This document shows, piece by piece, positions 16,446 to 26,102 of a DNA stretch of 48,099 nt (its first letter is position 1; each line of letters starts with the position of its first letter). The position numbers and the translations under genes are program-made. The stretch lies in the IMG/VR virus record IMGVR_UViG_3300038379_000130, positions 1-48,099 of that record. The stretch is one strand, 5' to 3'. Source of the DNA: a virus. Its lineage: Duplodnaviria; Caudoviricetes. Under the pieces are notes generated by a model that saw only the letters and a program-made list of their open reading frames with translations, did not search any database and was not told the DNA's origin.

Positions 16446-18143
16446 CTACATCCTCAAGAGCTCGGCCTCGGTCGGGCAGTGCTCACCGAACGTGACGCTC
16501 GTCAGGTGCCCGTCGGCCTCGTTCTCGGCATTGCCGTCGTTCGGCGTACCTCCGAGGTAGACCCCACACTCGTCGTTCGCAACAGGCGTCCCGAGGTTCG
16601 TGATCTGTGTCCCGCGCACGCCGTTGACCCAGATGTCGAGTGCTTGTCCCGGCACGCCGTACTCATCCTGCGCCTGGGACGTCCAGCGGCAAACGACCGC
16701 GTACTCGGTACCACGCGTGGCAAGATTGGCTCCACTCACGTCAAGCTTCGCAGGATCGCTCGTCGCGTTGCTCGAGAGCAATCGCCATGATCCGGTAGTC
16801 GAGTCTACGCGCCGATAGAAGCATCTGAGGTACTGCGAGTTCGAGTTCTCATCGAAGTCGGCGGCCCACAGATACTTCGACTGCCCGTCGAGCAGGTCCG
16901 CATGGCTCCACTCCGGCCTCATGGTGGCCTTGGCGTATCCGCGCGTCGGGAAGACTACTCGGTTCGCGAGGTCATTGTTGATCCGCGTCGTTTCGGCCAC
17001 ACGCTGAACCGTCGCCGCCTTTGTCGGTAGCGGCGAGCGGAAGCGGCACCACGGCCCGGTCTGCGCCGTCTCCTCGATGAGCTCGATGCTCTGGATCTGG
17101 CTGATCTGTGCTTGAGTCGACGCCGCCGAGAAGTGACCGACCGAGATCGTGATGTCAGTCGTAACGCTCGTCAGATCGATGAGCTTCGAGATCCAGACGA
17201 GCGAGTTGATGACTCCGCTGCCTGGCGTGAGCGTGTTGTCCTGTGCCGTCGACTGCCACGACTGGTCGCTGTCCCGCCACCACTTCGAGTCGCTGGACCG
17301 CTGCGCGCGCATGACCATGCGATCATTCGCCCCGCCGTCCTTGTACCAGACGCGCACGTAGAGCAGCTTGTCGTCCACGTCCGCCACGGTCTGCGTGACG
17401 TAGGCCGCCTGGCCGGCGGCGTAGGTGGCGATCTGGATAGCGCGGCGAAAGCCGTCCGCGTCGATGAGCGTATAGAGCCGCCACTCGACGACGATCGCGC
17501 TTCCGCTCGTCGTCGGCGTCCAATCGTCGAACGAGTTGCCGCTGCCCTCGCTGAACGTCGAGTTCAGCAACAGGTTCGTATCGTATCCTCCCTGAACGAG
17601 CAGCCCGTAGCGGTCCACGATCGGCTCGTTCGGAGGCACCTCCTGGTAGGCGTTGTCGCCACCTGGGCGCTCGCCGTAGGCGTACTGGTCCCTGGTCGTC
17701 TCCCATCCGCCGCCGCGATCGATGATGGCGACCCCATTGAGGTCGCGCGTCATACCGATGTCCGTCAGCAGCGGCGACCACCAGGTCGCGTAGTGTTCGC
17801 GCAGATCGAGGCACGTCAGCGTGATCGCGGCCGGGTGTACACGATCCGTCACGCCGACGACGAGCAGCGGGACGAGCTTCCACGCCTGCCCGTCGAACTC
17901 CTCGATCTCTGGGATCAGCCGATGCGAGGCCCAGATCGTGCGGCCCGGCTCGAGGTCCGCGAACGTCGGCGGGACTTCGACCGTCACGTAACGCAGCGGA
18001 CGACGCAGGAGCCGCAGCATCGTCGAGATCGACGACCGCACGCTGTCGGTGACTTGAGCATGGGCGAGGCCGGCGAAGAACGTCGGTACTCTGACCGCAG
18101 CGACCGCGGCGGCCCTGCCAGCGTCGACGGTGGTATCTGCCAT
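16446..18143 (-). CDS. tail tip protein (possible LamG-like C-terminus)
   Basis: 565 aa; TNLLLNSTFS; LDIWVNGV...VYLGG. Confidence 0.65.
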   Translation of the reverse strand: MADTTVDAGRAAAVAAVRVPTFFAGLAHAQVTDSVRSSISTMLRLLRRPLRYVTVEVPPTFADLEPGRTIWASHRLIPEIEEFDGQAWKLVPLLVVGVTDRVHPAAITLTCLDLREHYATWWSPLLTDIGMTRDLNGVAIIDRGGGWETTRDQYAYGERPGGDNAYQEVPPNEPIVDRYGLLVQGGYDTNLLLNSTFSEGSGNSFDDWTPTTSGSAIVVEWRLYTLIDADGFRRAIQIATYAAGQAAYVTQTVADVDDKLLYVRVWYKDGGANDRMVMRAQRSSDSKWWRDSDQSWQSTAQDNTLTPGSGVINSLVWISKLIDLTSVTTDITISVGHFSAASTQAQISQIQSIELIEETAQTGPWCRFRSPLPTKAATVQRVAETTRINNDLANRVVFPTRGYAKATMRPEWSHADLLDGQSKYLWAADFDENSNSQYLRCFYRRVDSTTGSWRLLSSNATSDPAKLDVSGANLATRGTEYAVVCRWTSQAQDEYGVPGQALDIWVNGVRGTQITNLGTPVANDECGVYLGGTPNDGNAENEADGHLTSVTFGEHCPTEAELLRM

Positions 18144-19526
18144 CTAGATCTGCCGCGCGGGCGACCAGTAGAGCTCGTACTTCAGATCCGACAGCACGTC
18201 GGAACTGATGTCCTGAACGTCGAGCGAGCGCAGGAACTTGCCGTCGAATGAGTCGTAGAGGTACTTCGCGCTGATCTTGCCGGTGATGTCGCCCGCGTCG
18301 GTGCTCCACTCGAACGTCTTCCCAAGTTCGTCCTCGCTCCTCAGTAGCGCGCTGCTGCCGTCCCAGTAACCGGGCCAGTCGGTACCGATCGTGATGAGCT
18401 CGATCTTGCCATCGGCGTTCCAGAAGGCGCGATACAATGGGAACGACTCCAGCCACTCTCGGAAAGTCTCGAGCGCCGTCGTCTGGTCCTGGAGGTAGCG
18501 GGCACCCTCGAGGCCGTGCGTGAGCGCCCATGTCGCGGCGACATCCCATGACGCATCATCGATCAGCGGATCGTCGGCGTCCCATCCTCCAGGCACGTAC
18601 CCGCGCGTGCGGTTGATGGCGAAGTTGACGAGGAAGTGCCGGACCTGCTCGACGGGGTTCGTGATCGTCCCGTCCCCGTTGTACATCCCGCTCGGCCCGC
18701 CGCCCTGCCATGCGTAGCCATAGAGGTCGACGCTCACGACGTCGTCCTCGGCCGGGAAGTTGCCCGAAGTGAACTCGATGATCGTGAAGATCTTCCCGCC
18801 CGCGAGCGAGCCATAGACCTTGTTGTACTGCGTGTTCGTTTGCTGCGTCGTCACGTCACCCGACCGCACGTAGACGTCCTTGATGAGGTCCGCAGGCCCG
18901 ATGTTCGTGGCGTACCAGGCCGACGTCGCGTCGAGCCACACCCGCACGGTCGGCACGAGGCCGTGGTCGAGGCCGAGGTTCGTGCTGTCGTGCTTTCCGT
19001 AGGCGATGGGCGCGTAGGTGCCAACCGAGTCCTGCGCCATCCAGAACCACTCGGAGTCGAGATAGGGCCACTGCGGGAAGTAGGACCGCAACGCGCGCTC
19101 GTCAGTCTTCAGGTGGAGTTGCACCTGCCCCTGCTGGTACGTCCACGAGTCGAGGAGCCCCGTGAACAGCGAGGCGTAGTCGGTCGCGGAGCCAGGGATC
19201 ACGCGCCAGATCGCGGCCGCGCTGTTGCGCTGGTCGCCCGACTGGAGGGCGGCGCGCACCTTGCCATCCGTGTCGATCACGGTGACCGTCGTCCCGACCG
19301 ACTCGAGCCCGGCCGCCCGCAGATCGATCTTCCTCGTGATCGACTGCCAGCCGGCCTCGGGGATGCGCGGATCGTAGCTGTTGCCGCGAGCGTCGACGCT
19401 GCTGGACGAGAGGAACATCTCGGTTGTCCCGTCCCACGCGGCGTTGTTGAGCGTGATCTCTAGGACCGGATGCAGCGAGGCGGACATCCGCGCCGCGTGC
19501 TCGGCGAAGTTGCCGAAGAAGCTCAC
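18144..19526 (-). CDS. tail tip/hub protein
   Basis: 460 aa, directly after the tape measure; LFTGLLDSW, APIAYG, ITNPVEQVRHFL. Confidence 0.7.
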   Translation of the reverse strand: MSFFGNFAEHAARMSASLHPVLEITLNNAAWDGTTEMFLSSSSVDARGNSYDPRIPEAGWQSITRKIDLRAAGLESVGTTVTVIDTDGKVRAALQSGDQRNSAAAIWRVIPGSATDYASLFTGLLDSWTYQQGQVQLHLKTDERALRSYFPQWPYLDSEWFWMAQDSVGTYAPIAYGKHDSTNLGLDHGLVPTVRVWLDATSAWYATNIGPADLIKDVYVRSGDVTTQQTNTQYNKVYGSLAGGKIFTIIEFTSGNFPAEDDVVSVDLYGYAWQGGGPSGMYNGDGTITNPVEQVRHFLVNFAINRTRGYVPGGWDADDPLIDDASWDVAATWALTHGLEGARYLQDQTTALETFREWLESFPLYRAFWNADGKIELITIGTDWPGYWDGSSALLRSEDELGKTFEWSTDAGDITGKISAKYLYDSFDGKFLRSLDVQDISSDVLSDLKYELYWSPARQI

Positions 19527-22147
19527 CGCCCGCCGTTCTGTCGGAGCAGCTGCCGGATCATTGGGCTGCTGCGTGCCTGGCGGATGAACGTCTCGATCGA
19601 GTGCTTGGCGAGGTCGTCACGGCCCGCGTTCGACTGCAGCGGATCGATGTTGAACGTGGCCGCGATGCTGAGCCCCGTCCCGGCGCCGATCACGCCGCCC
19701 GTCTCGGCCATCTTGCCCTTCGGAGTCACGAGGACGTGCTCAGGGCCGGCCTCGCCGACGAGGATTCGGGTCGGCTTCGTGACCATCGCGTTGAAGCCTG
19801 CGGCCGCGCGGTAGTCGTCCGGCACGCCGCCGTAGTCTCCGGAGCCGGCGCCGCCCGCCCCTCCGTCGCCGCGGTCGTTGTATACGGTATCGACCGTGAC
19901 GGTGCGGCTCACGTTCGGGACTCCGGTCAGCGCCGCGACAAGCTCGCCGATCTTGTCGATCAAAGTCGAGAACTGCTCGCTCATCGTCTGCGCGAAGGTG
20001 ATCCCGGCCTCCTCCGCGCTCGCGTAGGCCTGGCCGTTCTCGTCGAGGAGTGTCCCGTTTTGGATCGCGGCCTCGATCATGGGCCGCATCGCCTCCGGGA
20101 CCGAGACGCCGGCCCTGACCGCGGTCTGGACGTACTCGCTCAGGTTCTCGGACATCTTCGTGAGAACGACGCCGGTCTCGATCCCCGAGGCCGTCAAGAG
20201 CTGGAAATCCTGGAGGAGCTGCCCGGCCTGGCTGTCGAGCTCCTGCTGGCGGAACTTCGGCCCGAGTTCCTCGACCGTGAAGCCGTACCGCTCGACGGCG
20301 TCCTGCAGCGCGGCCTGTGCCTCCTCCTGGTTTCCGAGCAGCCGGTTCACCTCGGACACAGCGGCGTTGAACTGGTCCACCGTCTTCGCGTCGAAGATCT
20401 TTTTGACGAGATCTTGGTTCGAGAGCCCCTGCAACTTCTTCTGAAGCTCCACGAAGCCGCCGTGACTGGCGAGGAACGAGTCGCGGATGTCGTTCAGCGC
20501 CATGATCTCTTTGTTGCCGCCGATGCCGAGCGCGGAGCCGAGTTTGCTCAGGCCCTTCGAGACAAGCGAGCCGAGGCTTGAGCCGAGGAGCGACCCCAGC
20601 CCTGGCAGGAGCGAGCCCAGCGCGCCCCCGAGCGTGTCCCCGAGCTTCTTCGAGAGGATTTTCGTCAGGGGCTCGGCCATGCTCTCTCCGAGCCTGCCGC
20701 CAAGGCTTGCCCCGACCGCCCTGAAGACGTCCCCGCCGCCCTGGATCGCGCCGAGGATCACGTTTGGAAGGTCTTTCAGACCGGCCTTGAGCCCACCCTT
20801 CAGCGAATCCCCGAGGCTCAATCTCTTGAACGTGCTTCCGATCGCTGCAGCCGCCTCTTCCGCCGACGCCCCCATGCGCATCAATTCGATGCCGATCTCT
20901 TGAGCAGACTTCTTACTGTCGCGCATCTCCTGGGCAAGCTTCGCGAAATCCTCGGCTGCCGTTTTCGTCGCGAAAGAGAATTGCGTCATCGATTGTTGGG
21001 GAACCCCGAAGCCTGGCAGCTTCGAGAGGTCGAGATCCTTCGCGATTTCCGGAAGTATCGGCAGGAGGTTCGTTTTGAGGCTTGTGGCGGCTGCCTGGAA
21101 TGCCCCAGGCAGGCCCGTCGCGATGACGCCAACCCTGTCGGCTTCCTTGGCGAGCTCCCTCGCCCGGCCAATGATCGCGTCGTTCAGCGGCATGCCTGCG
21201 GTCGCCTGCGAAAACTTCGCGATATCTTCTCGGGCCTTGGCGCCAGAATAGAGGTCGGTGAGATTCTTCATCTCCTCGGCCGATTTCTTCGCCGCCGCAG
21301 CACGGTCCTCTTCGGCCTTGACGGCTCCCTTGGTGAGCCCGAGCTGCTTCTGCAACTCAGGAGTCATCGTGTCCTCGTAGAGCTTCGCGATCTCCTTCGT
21401 GGACACATCTATCGCTCGCAGGCCCTCAACCTGCTTCTTCTGCGCCTCCGCGTGCTTCGCCGCGATCTCGGCCTGGAACGCCGACTGGCTCACGTTCGCG
21501 AGCGGCCGCGAATCGACCTCGCCCATGAGCCCCAGGAGCCGAGCCATTGCAGGGAACAGCGCGTCCGCTCTGTTGCGAACGGCGTCGATCTTGTTGAGCA
21601 GCGTCCCGAGCGCGGCGCCGATCGCCGCGGCGGCCGCCACGGGGCCGAGCATCGAGAGCTGCAGCGTCTTGAACGAGAGCGCCGTCGAGGCGGCACCCTT
21701 GCCGAGATTCGCCAGCCCCAGCTCTGCCACGTCCGCGACGTCATCAAGCGTGCGGAGCGCCTGCGTCGGGAGGCCGAACGCATCGGCACTACGTGCGAGG
21801 ACTGTACTCGTACGACCGATGCTGTCCGCGAACTTGCCCGCCCGTTGAGCAGACGACTCCAGCGCGGCGTGCATCTTCAGGGCTTCGCCGTGAGCCACGT
21901 CGACATTCTTGTTGAACTGAACAAACTCCTTCGACAGCGTCGCGTCGAGCTTCAGGGCCGCACCATGCAAGGCGTCCATAGCCTTCGCCATGTCACGCTG
22001 CGAAACGCTCCCGCGCTTGGCGGCTTCCTCCAGCGCCATCATCTTCTCGGCAGCGGCAGACGCGGCCTGCGAAGCCTTCGCGAGCGCCGGAGACATCTCG
22101 TCTCTCAGCTTGAGCATTGCTTCGAGCTCACCGATCGAAACGGCCAC
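19523..22147 (-). CDS. tape measure protein
   Basis: 874 aa, Ala/Gly/Leu-rich helical; IGELEAMLKLRDEMS start; C-terminal VTKPTRILVGEAGPEHV. Confidence 0.9.
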   Translation of the reverse strand: MAVSIGELEAMLKLRDEMSPALAKASQAASAAAEKMMALEEAAKRGSVSQRDMAKAMDALHGAALKLDATLSKEFVQFNKNVDVAHGEALKMHAALESSAQRAGKFADSIGRTSTVLARSADAFGLPTQALRTLDDVADVAELGLANLGKGAASTALSFKTLQLSMLGPVAAAAAIGAALGTLLNKIDAVRNRADALFPAMARLLGLMGEVDSRPLANVSQSAFQAEIAAKHAEAQKKQVEGLRAIDVSTKEIAKLYEDTMTPELQKQLGLTKGAVKAEEDRAAAAKKSAEEMKNLTDLYSGAKAREDIAKFSQATAGMPLNDAIIGRARELAKEADRVGVIATGLPGAFQAAATSLKTNLLPILPEIAKDLDLSKLPGFGVPQQSMTQFSFATKTAAEDFAKLAQEMRDSKKSAQEIGIELMRMGASAEEAAAAIGSTFKRLSLGDSLKGGLKAGLKDLPNVILGAIQGGGDVFRAVGASLGGRLGESMAEPLTKILSKKLGDTLGGALGSLLPGLGSLLGSSLGSLVSKGLSKLGSALGIGGNKEIMALNDIRDSFLASHGGFVELQKKLQGLSNQDLVKKIFDAKTVDQFNAAVSEVNRLLGNQEEAQAALQDAVERYGFTVEELGPKFRQQELDSQAGQLLQDFQLLTASGIETGVVLTKMSENLSEYVQTAVRAGVSVPEAMRPMIEAAIQNGTLLDENGQAYASAEEAGITFAQTMSEQFSTLIDKIGELVAALTGVPNVSRTVTVDTVYNDRGDGGAGGAGSGDYGGVPDDYRAAAGFNAMVTKPTRILVGEAGPEHVLVTPKGKMAETGGVIGAGTGLSIAATFNIDPLQSNAGRDDLAKHSIETFIRQARSSPMIRQLLRQNGGR

Positions 22148-22153
22148 GAGCCC

Positions 22154-22503
22154 TTATCCCTGCCCGAGCCCGAGCTCGGCCTCGGCCTCGGCGAAGTCGT
22201 TCTTCTTCACCTGCTCCATCATCGGGTTATCGGCCCATTCCTTGAGCTCGGCCTTCCTGCCGCGCCTCCACGCCTCGTAGGCTTCCGCGTAGCGCCTGAG
22301 TGGCATGATCGCGATGGCGAGCTGGTCCGGATCGCCGTCGATCTCCTCGGCCGCCTGCCGCGGCGTGATCCCGTACTCGCGCGCGACAGCCGACACCATC
22401 CAGAGGCGCGCGACGTCGTAATCCTCCGGGGAGAGCTGGAGCGGGTCGGGGGGCGCGTCCGCCGGCCGCCGCGACAGCAGCCGATGGAGCGCCCTCAGCC
22501 TTT
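22154..22503 (-). CDS. tail assembly chaperone extension (gpT-like), reached by -1 frameshift
   Basis: Open -1 frame KRLRALHRLL...GLGQG from the slippery site up to the tape measure. Confidence 0.7.
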
Positions 22504-22968
22504 TGCAAGGACCGCCTCCGCGTCCGCCGGATCGAGCGGCGGCAGGCTCAGATCGAGGATCGCCTCGTGGAGCGTCTGCGCCGTGGCCTCGTCGAGATCG
22601 AGAAGATGCTCCGGCGCGACCGGGATCGGTTCGCCGTTCGGGGCCTTCGCCGTCCATCGGACGACGCCCGCCAGCAGGACGTGCTCGCGATCGTGCGCGT
22701 CGTAGCGCGCCTTCGCCCGTGCCTTCGGGTCCGCCACTTCCTGCGCGCGCTTCTCCGCGAGGCGTTTCGCGGCCTCCTCGACCTCGGCGCTGCGCCAGAC
22801 CTGCAGCATGTCCTTCGAGGCCGCGCGCAGGGAGGCAAGCTGCGCCGCCGACTTCGCCTCGCGCGCCTTCTCGAGGGAGCGCGCGGATAGCTTCTGGACC
22901 GTGACGAAGACGGCCGCGCCGCCCTCGCCCTCTACCTCGACGTCTCGGGTGACTCGGCTCGCGAACAT
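22495..22968 (-). CDS. tail assembly chaperone (gpG-like)
   Basis: 157 aa between tail tube and tape measure; ends GCA AAA GGC TGA. Confidence 0.8.
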   Translation of the reverse strand: MFASRVTRDVEVEGEGGAAVFVTVQKLSARSLEKAREAKSAAQLASLRAASKDMLQVWRSAEVEEAAKRLAEKRAQEVADPKARAKARYDAHDREHVLLAGVVRWTAKAPNGEPIPVAPEHLLDLDEATAQTLHEAILDLSLPPLDPADAEAVLAKG

Positions 22969-22993
22969 GTCGTCTCACCTCATGAGGGTTAAG

Positions 22994-23043
22994 GCGGGCT
23001 CCCGGGGGGCGGCGTCCCTCATCCACCGCCCCCCGAGAGCCGC
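22994..23043 (-). terminator. GC-rich stem-loop after the tail tube gene
   Basis: CGGGGGGCGG pairs with CCGCCCCCCG; only a weak U-tract follows. Confidence 0.4.
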
Positions 23044-23075
23044 TGTGCGGAACTCGAAAGAGGGCCGGGAAGCGA

Positions 23076-23504
23076 TCAGCTCCAGGCCGCGGCGCCAGAC
23101 GGCCGGAGCACGGCGTTGAATCTGGTCAGGTTGCCGTTCTGGCCCGCGACCTCGTACTCGGCCAGGAGCGTTTCGACCGTGAACGTCTTCGAGTCGCCGA
23201 AGACGATCACCAGCGTCCGAGTGCCGGCGTTCGGGTCGGCGTCCGAGGAGCCCGGGTTGAAGACGACGTGCGGCCCCGTGGTCGCGGTCGTATCCCACAG
23301 CCCGGACACCGGGATGTCCGGCGAGGAGCGCATCCCGGTCGCACAGAACTCGCGCCAGGAGTCGCCGAACGCCTCGGACGACTCGCTCTCGACGACGATC
23401 TTCGCGCCGCCGAGCTCCATGACGAACCCGGTCACGACGCGCCCGGTGCCCGCCGGTGCGTCGTCGTAGGTGATCGTGACCGAAGACGATCCGTAGCGGC
23501 CCAT
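23076..23504 (-). CDS. major tail (tube) protein
   Basis: 142 aa; ESSEAFGDSWREF..TGM...; position before the chaperones. Confidence 0.75.
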   Translation of the reverse strand: MGRYGSSSVTITYDDAPAGTGRVVTGFVMELGGAKIVVESESSEAFGDSWREFCATGMRSSPDIPVSGLWDTTATTGPHVVFNPGSSDADPNAGTRTLVIVFGDSKTFTVETLLAEYEVAGQNGNLTRFNAVLRPSGAAAWS

Positions 23505-23513
23505 GCAGCCTCC

Positions 23514-24500
23514 TTAGAAGCGGGCCAGACCCGCGAGGTACGTGGTCGAGGGCGATGAGCCCGCGCCCGTGAAGTCGAGAGACACCGCGGCGTAACGCTC
23601 GACGGCGCCCGCAACCGTGACGCGCTCGGCGCCGGTGCTCGTCCGCGGCGTGAACGCCACGAGGTCTCCGAAGACGATGTCGTCGGCGCTGTCGCGGATG
23701 GTGACCTGCGCCGCCGTATGGCCGCCGAGCGAGAGGGCGGTCATCTCGAGATACGCCGCGGCGCCGTTCATCGTCTTGCCGCGCGTCAGCGTCCCGCCTG
23801 TCCCGCCCACCGTCACGTTGACTGGGATCGTGAAGGTCGTCGTGCTCGTGACGGTTGCTGTCTGCTCGCCGTTGATCGAAGGGGTCGAGCCGGTGTGCCC
23901 CGAGATCAGCACGGTGTCGCCCGTCGTCAGGCCGTGCGGCACCGTCGTCGTGATGACGCTCGGGTTCGCGACGCTCGAGGACGTGATCGGAACGACGCGC
24001 TGCAGGACGTCGACGGCGTTGTCGACGGAACTCGCCTCCGTATGCGCGTCGGCCGTCTCTGTCGTGAGCGCATGCAGGATCGCGCCCTGGTCGCACCGTC
24101 CCGAGATGACCGCGGTGGCGTTGGCGCGCTGGAGCACCCCGACCTGCGCGAGCACCTCGTATTCCGTCTGCAGCAGGCCCTCGAAGCCGAAGAACTGCGC
24201 CCCGATCGTCTGGCCCTGGTAGCCGACGACGGCGACGCGGTGCGCGGTCTGCGGGCTCGTGACGATGCCGGCGCTGTAGGCGGCATGGCTCGACCCCGAC
24301 GACGTGTCGAAGAATCCGCCTTCCTGCACGATCTCGGCACGGCTCATGCCGGTGGCGCTGTGGTACCGCCAGTCGTCCCCGAGGCCGTCCGAGGGCTCCG
24401 TCTCGTTGACGACCTTCACGCGGACGGCCTGGATCTTCGCCGCGAGGAGATCGTACCCGTCAGCAAGGAAGAGGACGCTCTTGCTTCCGTAGCGGGCCAT
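23514..24500 (-). CDS. tail-tube paralog with inserted FCCH-like beta domain
   Basis: MARYGSKSV...GLGDDWRYHSATGM matches the next gene; insert ITSSSVANPSVITTTVPHGLTTGDTVLISG. Confidence 0.65.
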   Translation of the reverse strand: MARYGSKSVLFLADGYDLLAAKIQAVRVKVVNETEPSDGLGDDWRYHSATGMSRAEIVQEGGFFDTSSGSSHAAYSAGIVTSPQTAHRVAVVGYQGQTIGAQFFGFEGLLQTEYEVLAQVGVLQRANATAVISGRCDQGAILHALTTETADAHTEASSVDNAVDVLQRVVPITSSSVANPSVITTTVPHGLTTGDTVLISGHTGSTPSINGEQTATVTSTTTFTIPVNVTVGGTGGTLTRGKTMNGAAAYLEMTALSLGGHTAAQVTIRDSADDIVFGDLVAFTPRTSTGAERVTVAGAVERYAAVSLDFTGAGSSPSTTYLAGLARF

Positions 24501-24503
24501 CGG

Positions 24504-24716
24504 CTACTCGCCCTCCCTCATTCGCGGCGGCTTGGCGGCGCGCGGCTTCGCCTCCGGCTCAGCGGCCGCCTTCCGCTTGATCTTCCCGGCCCGCTCCAGC
24601 CAGTCGAGCGAGGCGTCCGGCACGCGCCCGCAGGCATCGCCCGGAAGCGCGAGCGTCTCGTTCGCCTTCGTCGAGAGCCTCACTGTGGCGATGTACTCGG
24701 CTCCGCGCTCGCTCAT
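24504..24716 (-). CDS. small hypothetical virion-region protein
   Basis: 70 aa, ATGA-coupled; VPDASLDWLERAGKIKR. Confidence 0.6.
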   Translation of the reverse strand: MSERGAEYIATVRLSTKANETLALPGDACGRVPDASLDWLERAGKIKRKAAAEPEAKPRAAKPPRMREGE

Positions 24717-24904
24717 TCGGTCGCTCCCTCGTAGAGATACCCGCAGCCCGAGCACACGATCCGGGGGGGGCCGAAGCCGGCGGCGTTCATGCGCTTCTCG
24801 CGGCCAGCGCGGCATTCGGGACAACGGTCCGGATCTCGCGGCCGCTCGATCGGGCGGCCGTCCGCGCCGACGATCCGCGGCGCGTTGAAGGGCTGCTCGC
24901 TCAT
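24713..24904 (-). CDS. small zinc-ribbon protein
   Basis: CPEC...CSGCG; ATGA-coupled. Confidence 0.55.
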   Translation of the reverse strand: MSEQPFNAPRIVGADGRPIERPRDPDRCPECRAGREKRMNAAGFGPPRIVCSGCGYLYEGATE

Positions 24905-25317
24905 GCGCTGAGCTCCTTCTTGACGAGCACGTTGAAGGCCCACACCACGCGATGCCCCTGGTCGTCGCGGTCTAGGACGAACGGCGGCTGTAGCGGGATC
25001 GCGGTCAGGTACTTGGTCCCGCTCAAGGTGTCCGGCGCCTGGATCTTCGCGAGCGCCTCGAAGGCCTGCTGTGCCTTCACGCGGGGGCCGTTGGAGTCGC
25101 CCGCGGCCCCGCGAAAGCGGATCTGCAGCGTCACGTTCTCGAACTGGACGCCATCGACGCCGAAGCCCAGGTCGGGCGCCTGCCCCCCGGTGTAGAAGAC
25201 GGCACCGCAGGCGTCGGGATCGGCTGGCATGTCGTCGATGAACAGCGTCGAGCCTGCCGCCCCGAGGGTCGGGCTCTGCCCCGCGAGGTACGCGACGATC
25301 TCGTTCGCGGTCGCCAT
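24901..25317 (-). CDS. tail terminator ('minor capsid'-family) protein
   Basis: LFIDDMPADPD...TGG...LQIRFRG...LDRDDQGHR. Confidence 0.75.
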   Translation of the reverse strand: MATANEIVAYLAGQSPTLGAAGSTLFIDDMPADPDACGAVFYTGGQAPDLGFGVDGVQFENVTLQIRFRGAAGDSNGPRVKAQQAFEALAKIQAPDTLSGTKYLTAIPLQPPFVLDRDDQGHRVVWAFNVLVKKELSA

Positions 25318-25323
25318 TCTCCG

Positions 25324-25728
25324 CTACCCCGCTCCCCGGACGATGCGGTTCAGGTCGATCCGCTTCGCGATGCGCTCGGCCATGAACGGAGCAGACTCCA
25401 TGATCGTCGATTCGAGGAACTTCGCCTGACCGACCGGGTGATGCACCTCCACGCGCTCGTGTACCGGGACGGCGTAGGGCGCCGCCGGGCCTCCGACGAC
25501 GATCCGCACGGACACCTGGCCGCGCTCGACAACCGGGCGCTCTGTCTCGTGGCTCGCGCGCAGCGCCCCCGTGTCGACGGGCGTGCGGCGCATCGATTCC
25601 TTCTGCTCGACGAGGGCCTCCTGGTAGAGCGCGCGGCCGCCCTCTTCGAGCATGCGCGGGCCGAGCGCGGCGAGCACCGCGCGGAGCCGGTCGGCGCCCT
25701 TCGCCATGGTCGCCATCAGCCGATCCAC
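25324..25728 (-). CDS. HK97 gp10-like neck protein
   Basis: TPVDTGALRAS...APYAVPVHE...GQAKFLE. Confidence 0.8.
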   Translation of the reverse strand: MDRLMATMAKGADRLRAVLAALGPRMLEEGGRALYQEALVEQKESMRRTPVDTGALRASHETERPVVERGQVSVRIVVGGPAAPYAVPVHERVEVHHPVGQAKFLESTIMESAPFMAERIAKRIDLNRIVRGAG

Positions 25729-26102
25729 ACCTCGAGCAGATAGGGCCGCGTCGTCGTCGGGTCTTCAAGGCCGGAGACACGCAGGATGGGCCCGATGTAG
25801 CCGTTTGCCAGCGTCAGGCGATCTCGCGGGTCGATCGGCTCGCGACGCCCGGTGGCTCCATTGGCTGCGATCGGCTCGAGGAACGTCAGCTTCGCCTTGG
25901 CGCGAACCTGCTCCTCGCTGGCGCCGCGTTGAAGCTCGGGCATCCATTCGACGAGCGCCGGCCGGGCCACTCCCGCCGCGAACGACGGGGCGTTGTAGAC
26001 GTCCTTGCCGGTCCATGCCTCGTGTGTTACGGTCGTCTGCAGCGAGCCCGTGATGCGGTTCGCCGTCGCGACCGCGGAGCGGACGATGGCATCAAGCCCC
26101 AT
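25716..26102 (-). CDS. head closure protein
   Basis: 128 aa; position; IDPRDRLTL. Confidence 0.7.
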   Translation of the reverse strand: MGLDAIVRSAVATANRITGSLQTTVTHEAWTGKDVYNAPSFAAGVARPALVEWMPELQRGASEEQVRAKAKLTFLEPIAANGATGRREPIDPRDRLTLANGYIGPILRVSGLEDPTTTRPYLLEVWIG

